64,000 nt of DNA from a bacterium (lineage in GTDB: Bacteria > Hydrothermota > Tepidihabitantia > Tepidihabitantales > Tepidihabitantaceae): the NCBI GenBank assembly GCA_039793395.1, contig JBAMLV010000018.1:9993-73992 (forward strand), read 5' to 3'. Made by a program: the position numbers and the translations under genes. Shown one piece after another: positions 49,039-59,511 of the stretch. The notes beneath the pieces are model-generated. The model was not told where the DNA came from. It searched no databases and saw only the letters and a program-made list of their open reading frames with translations. Position 1 is the first letter of the stretch; each line of letters starts with the position of its first letter.

Positions 49039-51048
49039 CTATTGTACCAGCGTAAATTTTCCGGTCAGTTGCCAGTTGCCGGTTTTCAACCCGACCAGAT
49101 ACACACCCGCGGGTAACAGTCTGCCTGCATTATCGGTGCCGTTCCATTTGAGCGTATAACTGCCGGCTGGCTGATAGCCCTGAAACAGAATTTTTACCAT
49201 TCTGCCGCTGGCGTCAAACACCGCCAGTTGAACCAGCGCGCGGGCAGGGATGAGGTAATGAATCGACAGAGGTCTTTTTGCCGGTGTGGTACCGAGCGCG
49301 AGTCGGGGATAGCCGGGCAGCGGCTTGCCGTTCTGGTCCGAAGCGATGCCGACCATAACCGTATGGAGATCAAGGAGCCATTCGTTCGGGTCAAATTCAA
49401 CCCCCACCGGCTGGCGTGCCAGGCGGAAGCGGTTGCGCTGCGGGTTTTCATTAACCGGATAATGGAGCAGGGTGTCACCGCCACTGAACAAAACCCTGAT
49501 CTCCACCGGCATATGGAAGACTGGTGGTGCACCGCTGATATTGTTCTGGGAAAGGTCGATCACCAGGTCCCAGGAGTCACCGGCAGGGTTTGTCTGCCAG
49601 CCGACCGTGTAAACCGGATAGCCATAGGAGTAAACCCATTCGTTAAAGAACCAGTCGAGGTCAAGACCGGTAGTTCGTTCGGCGATGCGCTGGTAGTCTT
49701 CAGTTGAGGCGTTGCCGTATTTCAGGCTTTCACCATAGGCACGCAGGTTGGCAAAGAAAATTCCGGGTCGGTTCCAGACCGTGTCCGCCATCACATATCT
49801 GAGCATATGCTGGACCCAGGCACCCTTGCAGTAGGAGTGGCCCCAGTCAAATTCGTGACCGGCAGGCGGGGCATAAATCGGATGGGTGTCGCTTGACTCT
49901 TCGGCAAAATAGTCCCGGGCACGGGAGCGAATCAGGCTATAGAAGGAGGCAAGTCCCTGCTGGTACCAGGTGAACAGTTCATCCGAATAGGTGGCAAATC
50001 CCTCGTTGAGCCAGATGTTACGCCAGTCAACACAGGTGACCATATCGCCCCACCAGTGATGGGAAAGTTCGTGGGCAATGCCGTTGTCGTTGCCGTTGGT
50101 AATCCAGTAGCGGTGGACCATGGTCAGGGTCTGGTTTTCCATTCCGCCCCACTGGAACGGATAGGCTACCACATGACCATACTTTTCGGTGGCAAACGGG
50201 TATGGTCCATAGCGCTCGCGGTCGGCAAAGAAGGTAAGCATAGCCGGGACATTGCGGAAGGCGTTGACCGCCCGGAGCGAGTCTTCGGGCCAGCAGAAGT
50301 TCATTATCGGCAGGGATTCAGCAGGTGCGGGATGCCACCACTGGGTGTAAACCGCCCAGCGTGATGCGGCGAAGGTTACCAGATAAGTGCTGATGGGGTA
50401 GCGATGGGTCCAGAAACAGGTTTTTTTACCTCCGCTTACCCGGACACTGTCCAGCACCCCGTTGGCACAGCCGGACATTGAGTCCGGAGTGGTGATATTA
50501 ACCTGACAGCCCCGTTCGGCTTTGTCCCATGGTTCGTCAAAGCAGGGAAACCAGTAGCGGGCATCGGACGGCTCAGTAGTGGAGTAGCAGATGGCGTGGG
50601 GAATCTGCTGGGTGCCGCGGGGATAAAAATAGAAGCCACGGTTGGAAGTGCCGGCGTTCCGGTGATAGTAAATGTCAATTGCCAGCGATTCGCCGTTGTT
50701 GAACTCCCGGTCAAGGTCAATCAACACCCGGCCAGCGCCGGTGGTGAAGGTGCAGACATTTCCTTCCCGGCGGACGGAATCGCACACGAGGTTCACCAGG
50801 TGCAGGCTGAAGGTGTCAAAGTGGTCATGGCGGGCGGTCAGTTCCACCCGGCAGTGGCCGGTCATTGCCCCCGAGTTCATCGGCAGGTCAAGGTCAATCC
50901 GGTAGAACCGGACATCAAAATGATGGGTGGATTCGGCAAAACCCCAGTCCGACCGGGGATAAAGGGTATATTTAGACTCGGTCAACGGCTGGGGGAAAAC
51001 CGGTATCAGTCCGGCAAGGGTGAAGATGGCCCAAAAAAGCCTTTTCAT
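49039..51048 (-). CDS. M1 family aminopeptidase with T9SS C-terminal sorting domain
   Basis: Signal peptide, GGMENQ (GAMEN-type) motif, and HELSHHWWGD..x18..WLNEGFATY (HExxH-E). The C-terminus is LPAGVYLVGLKTGNWQLTGKFTLVQ. Confidence 0.88.
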   Translation of the reverse strand: MKRLFWAIFTLAGLIPVFPQPLTESKYTLYPRSDWGFAESTHHFDVRFYRIDLDLPMNSGAMTGHCRVELTARHDHFDTFSLHLVNLVCDSVRREGNVCTFTTGAGRVLIDLDREFNNGESLAIDIYYHRNAGTSNRGFYFYPRGTQQIPHAICYSTTEPSDARYWFPCFDEPWDKAERGCQVNITTPDSMSGCANGVLDSVRVSGGKKTCFWTHRYPISTYLVTFAASRWAVYTQWWHPAPAESLPIMNFCWPEDSLRAVNAFRNVPAMLTFFADRERYGPYPFATEKYGHVVAYPFQWGGMENQTLTMVHRYWITNGNDNGIAHELSHHWWGDMVTCVDWRNIWLNEGFATYSDELFTWYQQGLASFYSLIRSRARDYFAEESSDTHPIYAPPAGHEFDWGHSYCKGAWVQHMLRYVMADTVWNRPGIFFANLRAYGESLKYGNASTEDYQRIAERTTGLDLDWFFNEWVYSYGYPVYTVGWQTNPAGDSWDLVIDLSQNNISGAPPVFHMPVEIRVLFSGGDTLLHYPVNENPQRNRFRLARQPVGVEFDPNEWLLDLHTVMVGIASDQNGKPLPGYPRLALGTTPAKRPLSIHYLIPARALVQLAVFDASGRMVKILFQGYQPAGSYTLKWNGTDNAGRLLPAGVYLVGLKTGNWQLTGKFTLVQ

Positions 51049-51065
51049 TTCATTTTCTCCTTTCG

Positions 51066-52493
51066 TTATTGAATGTTAGTCCTTTTTTCCGGAAAAATCA
51101 GGGTAATGAGCACAAACCATACCAGGCTCACCACAATTCCGGGAATAAAGCCGTGAATTTTCAACGGGTTTTTGAGCGCCATCCATAAAAGGGCGGTCAG
51201 GGAGCCGGCGAGCATGGAGGTGAAGGCTGCCGGTCGGCTTGCCCGCTGCCAGTAGAGCCCGAATAGATAGGGCCAGAGGGTGGTGGCGGCGATGACCGCC
51301 CAGGCAAAGCCGGTGATCACCAGAATCATCGCCGGTGGCTTGATCGCGACCAGGAAGGCGATGATGCCGATGGCGGCCGCAACCAGCCGGGAGATGAGCA
51401 CCTCCCTTTCCGCGGACAGGCTGGTCTGGAAACTGTCCCGGATTAAATCCTTGACAATTGCACTGGCAGCGGTGATGAGCACCGCGGCAAAGGTGGACAT
51501 TCCGGCGGCAACCACGCCGGTGAGGAATATGGCGCCAAAGAACGGTGACAGGCTGGACTTCACCAGACTGGGAATCGCCTGGTCAGAATTGGCAAGGTCC
51601 GGGAAGAACAGTCTGGTGGCGGCGCCGTTAAAGTAGGGCAGGAGTGCCATCGTGGCGCCGATTGTTGCCAGCACCGTGCCCAGTTTCAGCACCTTGACGC
51701 TTTTGATGGAGTAGAAGCGGCTGACCAGCTGGGGCATTCCCCAGACACCGAACGAGACAATTGCCGCATAGGAGAGCAGGCCCGCCCAGCCCCATTCACC
51801 CGGGGTCTGGACGAACCGGCCCTGGTCAATTGCTGCCAGTCGGCTGAACAGCTGGGCAAGCCCGCCGGCACGGGCAACCGCCGCTGCCGTCAATAGTAAC
51901 AGGCTGAAAATCATTATCCACGCCTGAAGGAAACCGGTCCAGACGACCGCCAGATAGCCGCCGAGTGCGACATAGACAATGATGATGATGCCGGAAATCA
52001 AAAGCCCGTAGATATAGGGCAGGTCCATCAGGATGGCAAACGAGTGTCCCATCCCCTGGAGTACCGAAACGCTGTAAATCAGCAGAAAGATGCCGATGAT
52101 GAGTGCGGAGTAGAACCGGGCTTCGGGTGAGTCGTAGCGCTTGGCAAACAGGTCAGGCAGGGTGATGGAATTCAGTCGGGCGGTCAGGGCACGGGTCCGC
52201 AGGCCAAGCACAATCCAGGCAAGCAGAGTGCCGATGAGGACATTGGTGGCACCAATCCAGATAGTTGCCATGCCGTATTTGTAGCCAAATCCGCCGCCGC
52301 CGATGATGACCACCGAGGAGAAGTAGGCGGCAACAAAGGAGAAGGCGGTAACCCAGGGTCCGAGCGAGCGCGAGCCTAAATAAAAGCCTTCAGCTGAGCG
52401 CTTCATCCGGGCGCTGGTGAGCACACCGATGACAAACAGGCTGGCAAGATAGAAAAACAGCACCAGCGCATAGATAATGGTCGGGCTCATCAC
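51066..52493 (-). CDS. Sodium:solute symporter (SSS) family transporter
   Basis: About 13 TM helices, with the typical N-terminus (FYLGSRSLGPWVTAFSFVAAYFS). 4-nt overlap with a small upstream membrane ORF. Confidence 0.85.
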   Translation of the reverse strand: MMSPTIIYALVLFFYLASLFVIGVLTSARMKRSAEGFYLGSRSLGPWVTAFSFVAAYFSSVVIIGGGGFGYKYGMATIWIGATNVLIGTLLAWIVLGLRTRALTARLNSITLPDLFAKRYDSPEARFYSALIIGIFLLIYSVSVLQGMGHSFAILMDLPYIYGLLISGIIIIVYVALGGYLAVVWTGFLQAWIMIFSLLLLTAAAVARAGGLAQLFSRLAAIDQGRFVQTPGEWGWAGLLSYAAIVSFGVWGMPQLVSRFYSIKSVKVLKLGTVLATIGATMALLPYFNGAATRLFFPDLANSDQAIPSLVKSSLSPFFGAIFLTGVVAAGMSTFAAVLITAASAIVKDLIRDSFQTSLSAEREVLISRLVAAAIGIIAFLVAIKPPAMILVITGFAWAVIAATTLWPYLFGLYWQRASRPAAFTSMLAGSLTALLWMALKNPLKIHGFIPGIVVSLVWFVLITLIFPEKRTNIQ

Positions 52494-52612
52494 TCTTCCA
52501 GCCGGTTAAGGAGCGCCCAGATGATGGCGGCGAGGACCGAGCCAAATGCAACCAGCACGGCGGCAAAGGTGAGCCAGGGACAGTGGAACGGGCCGTTCAT
52601 AAAAATAATCAT
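52490..52612 (-). CDS. Small single-TM protein upstream of the symporter (accessory-subunit-like)
   Basis: MIIFMNGPFHCPWLTFAAVLVAFGSVLAAIIWALLNRLEE. ATGA coupling to the SSS gene parallels the yhdT-panF arrangement. Start chosen at the internal ATG. Confidence 0.45.
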   Translation of the reverse strand: MIIFMNGPFHCPWLTFAAVLVAFGSVLAAIIWALLNRLEE

Positions 52613-52755
52613 ATTTTGATTTTCGCCGGTGTCAAACCAGTGGCCGCGGGCAGATGAAACTGCTTGACTTATCAAGCCGGAGCGATTATCATTTTATGCT
52701 GGCCGTTTAACCGGCAAGAAGCAGGCTTTAAGTAAGTTTAACGAAAGGAGCGATA

Positions 52756-54474
52756 ATGCGAAAGGTAGCATTGATATCAGTGGCGCTGGTCTGGGCGCTG
52801 GCGATTGGCGCCGAGGGGCGCTGGCTGAGTCCGACCCCGACCCATCACTACACAATTCCCAATCCAGAACCCGGGATTTTCCCGCCGGCACCGGAGCCGT
52901 TCTTCTCGGTGGTTGACACCTTCCGGTATGACGACAATATGCCGGCGAACGCCTGGGCATGGGTCCAGGGTGGCAACGGCTGGGGGGTGAAGTTCATTGC
53001 CCCGGCAGCCAGTTTTACCCTGAAGGGCGCACTAATCCACTTCTATTCCGGCTGGCCGGTGCCGGGCGGCACCCGGGCAATGGTCAGGGTGTATGCTGAT
53101 GATGGTCCGGGCGGTTCACCCGGGACCGAAATCTGGCATTCGGACACTTTGAATATCACCCGGGGGCAGTGGAACTATGTTTCCATTGAGGAGCCGGTGG
53201 TTGGTTCTAACTACTACATTTTCTATGTGCAGGTGGACTCCTATCCCATCTGTCCTGGTCTTTCGATTGATGTGGCGAATAACGCCCCTTCGCACCGGAT
53301 GTGGTCCTATCTGAACGGCACCTTCTCTGAGGATGCCCGGCGCGGTGAGTGGCTGATTCGCTCGGTTGTGGAATGGGACCCGCCGGCAACCGATGCGGCA
53401 ACCCTGTACTTTGCTGCGGCAATGCCGCCGGACACCCTGCCGAACATCAACCTCAACATCCGGGCAACCATCAAGAACCTCGGCACCGAGCAGTTGCCGC
53501 TGGGCACACCGGTCCGGCTGCGGATTACCGGTCCGCAGAGTTATGTTTATGAGGACACGATGACCACGAGTGCGAACCTCATCCGGGGTCAGACCGCCCA
53601 GATGAACTTCTCACCGGCCTGGCGGATTCCCTCGGTCACCGGCAACTACCGGATTTATGTCTGGACCGAGGCGGCGGGGGAGCAGTATCCGGCTGATGAC
53701 ACGATCATCTACGACCTGAGTGTTGCTCGCTGGATTGAGTATGCCAATTACAACAACCCGCGCTGGCTCACCTGGGCCGGTCCGGAGCGAGTGGTCAAGT
53801 TCAATCCGGCGCAGTTTGGATTGCAGTATCCGGTCGGAGTGAACCGGGTGCGCACCCAGTTCTATCTCCATCCGTCCTATCCCTGGCCCGACTCCACCTT
53901 CCATTTCAAAATCTATGCCGGTGACGGGACAACCCTGCTTTATGAATCCGGCGACATTGAGGCACCGGCGGGCGCACCGGGTGCAATCAAGGCTTATGAC
54001 CTGGATTCGATGCTGATTTTCACTTCGGGTGAGTTCTATGTGGCGGTGGCACCAGTGCACTCCTCGGGTCATCCTTCATCACTGGCGGATGACAGTTCTG
54101 ATAGCCGCAGTTTCTACGGCGCACCGGGCGGCTGGATTCCCTGGACCAATGGCGAGCTGTTCATTTCGGCATCGGCACTGGGCGGTGTGGGCGTGGAGGA
54201 GGGGTACAACCCGAATCTACGCACCGCGGAACTGCGGCTCTCCAGTCCGGCGGTTGACCGGCTGCTGATTCACTGGCAGGTGCCCGGGCCATCACGGGTA
54301 AACCTGGCACTTTACGATGCAACCGGCAGGCTGGTCCGGGAGCTTTATACCGGGGACAATGTCCGTTCTGGCAGGACGCCGGTGGACCTCTCCCGGCTGG
54401 CAGCGGGCATTTACCTGGTCCGGCTGGAAAGCCCGTCCGGTTCGGCGACGCATAAACTGGTGGTTAATCACTGA
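52756..54474 (+). CDS. Secreted protein with T9SS C-terminal sorting domain (function unknown)
   Basis: Signal peptide MRKVALISVALVWALAIGA. The C-terminus is VNLALYDATGRLVRELY...LAAGIYLVRLESPSGSATHKLVVNH. Confidence 0.75.
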   Translation: MRKVALISVALVWALAIGAEGRWLSPTPTHHYTIPNPEPGIFPPAPEPFFSVVDTFRYDDNMPANAWAWVQGGNGWGVKFIAPAASFTLKGALIHFYSGWPVPGGTRAMVRVYADDGPGGSPGTEIWHSDTLNITRGQWNYVSIEEPVVGSNYYIFYVQVDSYPICPGLSIDVANNAPSHRMWSYLNGTFSEDARRGEWLIRSVVEWDPPATDAATLYFAAAMPPDTLPNINLNIRATIKNLGTEQLPLGTPVRLRITGPQSYVYEDTMTTSANLIRGQTAQMNFSPAWRIPSVTGNYRIYVWTEAAGEQYPADDTIIYDLSVARWIEYANYNNPRWLTWAGPERVVKFNPAQFGLQYPVGVNRVRTQFYLHPSYPWPDSTFHFKIYAGDGTTLLYESGDIEAPAGAPGAIKAYDLDSMLIFTSGEFYVAVAPVHSSGHPSSLADDSSDSRSFYGAPGGWIPWTNGELFISASALGGVGVEEGYNPNLRTAELRLSSPAVDRLLIHWQVPGPSRVNLALYDATGRLVRELYTGDNVRSGRTPVDLSRLAAGIYLVRLESPSGSATHKLVVNH

Positions 54475-54491
54475 GCCCGCAGCGGACTTCA

Positions 54492-54521
54492 GGGGGCTGG
54501 CAACAGCCCCCTTTTTATTTT
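54492..54521 (+). terminator. Rho-independent terminator
   Basis: GGGGGCTG-GCAA-CAGCCCCC followed by TTTTTATTTTT. The T-tract overlaps the stop codon of the convergent gene. Confidence 0.75.
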
Positions 54522-54883
54522 TCTCTTTCCAGGCGGTAGAGCTCTTCGTCTGAAAGCCCGAAGTAATGGCCGATTTCGTGAATCATCACCCGGCGCACCA
54601 GTTCCCGGAGTTCCTGTTCATTTCGGCACCGGGCGGCAATCGGCTCTTGAAAGATGATGATGGTGTCGGGCAGGACATTGCCATAGAATGGTCCCCGGCG
54701 GTTGAACGGAACTCCCTGGTACAGGCCGAGTATTGACCACGGGTCTTTGCCCAGGCGCTGTGCCAGTTCCGGCGGTGCGAGCGGCAGGACCATCACCCCG
54801 AGGTTTTTAATCCGGGCGGAGAAGAATTCGGGAAGATTGTCAACCACTTCGGCCACCAGCTGGCGAAACTGTTCCCGTTCCAA
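54515..54883 (-). CDS. Small zincin-like metallopeptidase family protein (DUF1025-like)
   Basis: Has VMIHEIGHYFGLSDEEL. TTG start at 54883 gives the family-typical N-terminus (LEREQFRQLVAEVVDNLPEFF) and abuts the yggS stop. The ORF-track ATG would overlap yggS by 71 nt. Confidence 0.7.
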   Translation of the reverse strand: MEREQFRQLVAEVVDNLPEFFSARIKNLGVMVLPLAPPELAQRLGKDPWSILGLYQGVPFNRRGPFYGNVLPDTIIIFQEPIAARCRNEQELRELVRRVMIHEIGHYFGLSDEELYRLEREK

Positions 54884-54884
54884 C

Positions 54885-55571
54885 TTATTCTCTGGGTCCA
54901 AACAGGGCGGTGCCGATGCGGATGATGGTTGCCCCTTCCTCAATTCCGACTTCAAAGTCGGCGCTCATCCCCATTGACAGTTCGGGCAGGGCAATGCCAA
55001 ACCGTTCCTGCATTTCTGCCCGCAGCCGGGAGAGCAACTGGAAGCAGGCTCGTGACGCCTCCGGGTTGGTAATCGCCAGGCCCGGGCCGATGGTCATCAA
55101 GCCCTGAAGCTGGAGCCGGTTGAGCGTTAGCACCGCGGAAACCAGTTCGGCAAGCCGGTCCGGGCTGACCCCGTGCTTGGTCGGCTCACCGGCAGTGTTG
55201 ACCTCAATCAGCACCGGGATGGTGATATTTTTCTGCTCGCACCGGTGCTGGATTTCCTCAGCCAGATGGAGTGAATCCACGCTCTGAATCAGGTGAAAAA
55301 GTTCCAGTGCCCGTTTCACCTTGTTGGTCTGCAGGGTGCCGACCAGATGCCACTCCACCGGGGTGTCAATCAGCGGAATCTTTGTCTGTGCCTCCTGCAC
55401 CCGGTTCTCACCGAAGCGGGTGATGCCGGCGGCAATTGCCTCCTTGATGAGTTCCACTGGTTTGCTCTTGGACACCGCCACCAGTTTGATTTCGGCCGGA
55501 TTCCTGTTGGCGCGGGCACATGCCGATTGAATCCGGCTTTGAATTAGTTTTACATTTTCGGCAATTGCCAT
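54885..55571 (-). CDS. yggS: YggS family pyridoxal-phosphate homeostasis protein
   Basis: Has LVAVSKSKP, FGENRVQE, HLVGTLQTNKV and MGMSADFEVGIEEGATIIRIGTALFG. Confidence 0.9.
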   Translation of the reverse strand: MAIAENVKLIQSRIQSACARANRNPAEIKLVAVSKSKPVELIKEAIAAGITRFGENRVQEAQTKIPLIDTPVEWHLVGTLQTNKVKRALELFHLIQSVDSLHLAEEIQHRCEQKNITIPVLIEVNTAGEPTKHGVSPDRLAELVSAVLTLNRLQLQGLMTIGPGLAITNPEASRACFQLLSRLRAEMQERFGIALPELSMGMSADFEVGIEEGATIIRIGTALFGPRE

Positions 55572-55788
55572 CAGCCGATTATAGACCTGTTAGGGCTAAA
55601 ATCAAGGGATGACCCCGGGGGTTGGTCAGGGGGCAGGGTCTGCCGGTTGAAGTGAATCCGGGATTTTCAGACTAACTCTATTATTTTCTGTTACTTGGGT
55701 GAACAGGGCTGAAGTGGCTGCAAACTGGATGTTAAATTTCGGGCTTTTCCGGGGTCTTACTTTATGAGAGCAAACAAAGGAGCAGTTT

Positions 55789-56160
55789 ATGGCAAAAGAT
55801 ATCTTAAAGCGGATTGAAACCTGGCAGGTGAAGACCGAACCGGATGCGGTCCGGGAACGGCTGGTCCGGCTGCGGGAGTCAATGACCAGGCGGTATATTC
55901 AGGAGATGAGCCGGCTGGTGGAAATGGAGACCCGGGTTAAGCAGGTGCTGGACAGTGCGGACATTCCTTCAATCAGCTATCCTTTCTATCTGGACTTTGC
56001 CCGGGAGGTTTATTCCCGGCAGCGGCGCCTTGCCGGCGAGTCGCTGCGCCGGGAGGTGGCGGTTTTGCTTTACAAATGGGTGCTCAGGGAACTGAAACCG
56101 GAGATTCTGGAGCGGGTTCGGGATGAGGTGCTTTCGGTCTCGGCGCCAGAGGAGCGGTAA
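55789..56160 (+). CDS. Hypothetical protein
   Basis: 123-aa helical, charged ORF with an AAAGGAG SD 6 nt upstream. No recognisable motif. Confidence 0.5.
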   Translation: MAKDILKRIETWQVKTEPDAVRERLVRLRESMTRRYIQEMSRLVEMETRVKQVLDSADIPSISYPFYLDFAREVYSRQRRLAGESLRREVAVLLYKWVLRELKPEILERVRDEVLSVSAPEER

Positions 56161-56226
56161 AGGGTAGTTGTTAGGGGTCAGGGGTGAAACCAGGTTTGAC
56201 AGGGACATCAGGGTGGCTAAATTAGG

Positions 56227-58161
56227 GTGATGGGCAAGCGCCGGTGCCTGATAAGAAATGAGCAACCGCGCCGGTCCGGGCCAGGTGGTGCCCGGGTTTT
56301 ACCGCTGGTCCTGGTATTTAGTCTGGCGCTGGTGGTGCGGGTAATTTATCTGCTGGTTGCCCGAAAGCATGACCCGCTTTTCTTTGCGCCGCAGATGGAC
56401 GGGCTTTATCATCATCAGTGGGCGGTGGCAATTGCCCGGGGAATGGAGTTCATTAATGACGCCTATTTCCGGGCACCGCTTTATCCCTTTTTTTTGGGTT
56501 TAATCTACCGGGTTTTCGGTCCAGACCTGTTTACTGCCCGGCTGATTCAGGCGGTGCTGGGCAGTGCCAGCTGTGTGCTTTTGTCGTTACTCGGCAGGCA
56601 GATATTTGACCGTCAGACCGGTTTTTATGCCGGACTGGCGATGGCGGTGTATCCGCTGTTCATCTATTTTGACGGTGAACTGCTGATTCCGGTGCTTCTG
56701 GTTTTTCTTTTGCTTTGCGGTTTGGTGCTGTTTTATCTGCGGGATAAAAACCGGTTTTTGCTGCCGCTGGCTGGACTCTGCTTCGGTCTGGGCGCAATTG
56801 CCCGGCCGAATGTTATTTTGGTGGTGGCAGCGCTCGGGGTGTGGTTGGTGGTTGAATACCAAAAGCGCTGGTGGCGGCGGGCACTGCCTTTCTATCTGGC
56901 GGTGGTTTTGCCAATTGTGCCGGTGACGGTGCGTAATTACATTAAAAGCCGGAGTCTGGTGCTCATTGCCTGGCAGGCCGGGACCAACTTTTTTATCGGC
57001 AATAATGAGTTTTCCGACGGCACCACCGCCATCGTGCCGGGCACCCGGGGTTCGTGGTGGGGGGGATATAATGATGTCCGGCGGATTGCCGAGAGCGAGT
57101 CGGGGCAGAGTCTGAAAGGTGTGGAGATTGACCGGTTCTGGCTGAAAAAGGGGCTTAAGTTCTGGCGTCGCCATCCAGCAGGGGCGATTTTACTGACCCT
57201 GCGCAAACTTTATCTCTGGTTTGCCGGGTATGAGGTTTCCAATAACCGGGATTTGTATTTTTTCAAGCGCTACACTTTTCTCAACTTTCTGCTGTTTACC
57301 ACGCCGGTGCTGAAGTTTCCGTTTGGAATTGTATTTCCGCTGGCGGTCATCGGGATTTATTTAAGCCGGCAGCGGTGGCGGACACTGATGCCGATTTATC
57401 TTTTCCTTGGCGCCTATACCCTGTCATTCATTCCTTTTTTTGTTACTGCCCGGTACCGGCTGCCGCTGGTGCCGTTATATCTGCTGTTTGCGATTGCGGG
57501 CGCGGGTGCGGTTTTCCGGGTAGAAGCGCGTGCGCGACGCCGGGCACTGATTGTCGGCGCAGCGGTTTTTTTCGTGGTCAATCTGAACCTTGCGGGTGCG
57601 GGTAGAAGGGCAGACCCGGCACAGAACCACTTCTTAGCAGCAAACGGCTATTATCAGCAGGGAAGAACGGAACCAGCCCGCCGGGAACTGGACCAGGCGC
57701 TGGCGCTGGATTCAGCAGCCAACATCCTGTCCCTTGAGGCAACGATGCTTTTGGCGCAGAACCGGATTCCAGCGGCAGCAGCGGTGGCGCAGGCAGCGGT
57801 CCGGCTCCATCCGGATGAGGCGGACAGTTACGGCATTGCCGGTAATGTGTATGCCGCGGCTGGAAAACTGGATTCGGCAGAGATGATGTTTTACCGGGTG
57901 GTGGAACTTGACCCGTTTGGTCCAGAAGGCTGGAATAACCTGGGCAATCTGGCGCTCGCCCGGGGTGAACTGGCGCAGGCACGCCGGTATTACGAGCAGG
58001 CGTTAAAAAACAGCCCCAATTTTGTGCTGGCACTGTTTCATCTCGGGCTGGTGGACTATTATCAGGGCAGGGTTGGGTCGGCACACGCACGCTGGCAGCA
58101 GGTGCTCAAACTGGACCCGGGTTTTCACAAGGCAGGACAGGCGCTTGAGGAGTTAAGATAA
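56227..58161 (+). CDS. GT39/ArnT-like polytopic membrane glycosyltransferase with C-terminal TPR repeats
   Basis: Has RAPLYPFFLGLIY and many TM helices, then TPR units (AANGYYQQGR.., AGNVYAAAGKLDSAEMMFYRVVELDP, WNNLGNLALARGEL..A...YEQALK..P). Confidence 0.75.
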   Translation: MMGKRRCLIRNEQPRRSGPGGARVLPLVLVFSLALVVRVIYLLVARKHDPLFFAPQMDGLYHHQWAVAIARGMEFINDAYFRAPLYPFFLGLIYRVFGPDLFTARLIQAVLGSASCVLLSLLGRQIFDRQTGFYAGLAMAVYPLFIYFDGELLIPVLLVFLLLCGLVLFYLRDKNRFLLPLAGLCFGLGAIARPNVILVVAALGVWLVVEYQKRWWRRALPFYLAVVLPIVPVTVRNYIKSRSLVLIAWQAGTNFFIGNNEFSDGTTAIVPGTRGSWWGGYNDVRRIAESESGQSLKGVEIDRFWLKKGLKFWRRHPAGAILLTLRKLYLWFAGYEVSNNRDLYFFKRYTFLNFLLFTTPVLKFPFGIVFPLAVIGIYLSRQRWRTLMPIYLFLGAYTLSFIPFFVTARYRLPLVPLYLLFAIAGAGAVFRVEARARRRALIVGAAVFFVVNLNLAGAGRRADPAQNHFLAANGYYQQGRTEPARRELDQALALDSAANILSLEATMLLAQNRIPAAAAVAQAAVRLHPDEADSYGIAGNVYAAAGKLDSAEMMFYRVVELDPFGPEGWNNLGNLALARGELAQARRYYEQALKNSPNFVLALFHLGLVDYYQGRVGSAHARWQQVLKLDPGFHKAGQALEELR

Positions 58162-58212
58162 CCGCAGTTGTGATTGCCACTGCCATGGGAGTAATCGGCC
58201 CGGAGCAGGTAA

Positions 58213-59466
58213 TCAGATGTGCCGGAGCTGGGGGCGGAGCAGGGTAATGGTGGTGAGGCTGAGCAGGATGACAACTCCTGATAGCAGCAGGGCAAAGAGG
58301 GCGCCTTTTGTCTGGGCAATTGAGCCGGCGATGAGGCTGCCAATCGGAAACATGCCGTTGAAGAACAAAGAGAACACACTCATTGCCCGGCCGCGGATGT
58401 GGTCCGGGGAAAGGGTTTGAATCAGGGTGTTGGTGAGGGCCGAGATACTGGTCTGGCAGATGCCGATGAGGATGAGCAAAAAGAGGGCAAGGTGATAGTT
58501 GCGGCAGAAGGAACAGGCAATCAGCAGGATTCCGAACAACATTGTGCCGGATAAGAGGATTTTGCCGCGGTAACGGGTTTTGCTGAGTGAGGCAAGGGTA
58601 AGTCCACCAATGACCGCTCCGGCACCGAGGCAGGTCATCATCAAGCCATAGCCGCGGGCGTCCTGGTGCAGGACATCACGGGCAAGAACCGGCATCAGGG
58701 GGATGTAGGCGATGCCGAAGGAGGAGAAGACACCGGTCATCAGGATGAGGATGCGGATGTCGGGGTGGGATTTGACAAAGCGCAAGCCGGAGAAAAGCTG
58801 GGCAACAATCGGTTCGTTTGAGGTGTTGGTGATGGGTTTTTCGAGCCGAATGTAGAGCAGGGCGAGGATGATGGCAAGGAAGCTGGCGGCGTTGAGGGCA
58901 AATACCGGTGCCGGACCGGAGAAGGTGAGAATTGAGCCGGCAATTGCCGGACCGACCATCCGGGCGATGTTGAACATTGAGGCGTTGAGGGCGATGGCGT
59001 TGAGAACATTCTTTCTGCCAACCAGTTCCGGCACCAGGGTCTGGGCAACCGGGGCATTCAGTGCCACGAAGATGCCAGCAAGGAAGGAGATGAAGAGAAT
59101 ATGGTAGATGTTAATCACCCGGGTCCAGGTGAGCAGGGCGAGGAGCAGGGCTAAGAGGGCAAGGGCGGACTGGCTGAAAAGCATCAGGTTGCGTTTGTTG
59201 AAACGGTCGGCAAGCACACCGGCTGGCAGGGAGACAAGCCAGACCGGCAGCCAGTTCATTGCCGAGTCCAGACCGACAAAGAATGGGGAGTTGGTGACCG
59301 TAAGGACGAGCCAGCTTTTGGCAACATTCTGCATCCAGGTGCCGGTGAAGGAGATCATATTTCCGAACCAGTAGAGCCGGAAGTTTCTGTGCCGGAAGGC
59401 GGCAAGGGTGGTGGGAAGGGGGATGGTGAAGACGGTGTTAGTTCGTTCCGGTTCCTGGTCTGACAT
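58213..59466 (-). CDS. MFS transporter (EntS/MFS_3-like)
   Basis: 12 TM helices and N-terminal AFRHRNFRLYWFGNMISFTGTWMQ. ATG 59466 chosen; the ORF-track TTG start is at 59484. Confidence 0.85.
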   Translation of the reverse strand: MSDQEPERTNTVFTIPLPTTLAAFRHRNFRLYWFGNMISFTGTWMQNVAKSWLVLTVTNSPFFVGLDSAMNWLPVWLVSLPAGVLADRFNKRNLMLFSQSALALLALLLALLTWTRVINIYHILFISFLAGIFVALNAPVAQTLVPELVGRKNVLNAIALNASMFNIARMVGPAIAGSILTFSGPAPVFALNAASFLAIILALLYIRLEKPITNTSNEPIVAQLFSGLRFVKSHPDIRILILMTGVFSSFGIAYIPLMPVLARDVLHQDARGYGLMMTCLGAGAVIGGLTLASLSKTRYRGKILLSGTMLFGILLIACSFCRNYHLALFLLILIGICQTSISALTNTLIQTLSPDHIRGRAMSVFSLFFNGMFPIGSLIAGSIAQTKGALFALLLSGVVILLSLTTITLLRPQLRHI

Positions 59467-59511
59467 TAAAGGCGATTTTAGCAATCAGGTGCCGGAGTTC
59501 AATAAAATTAA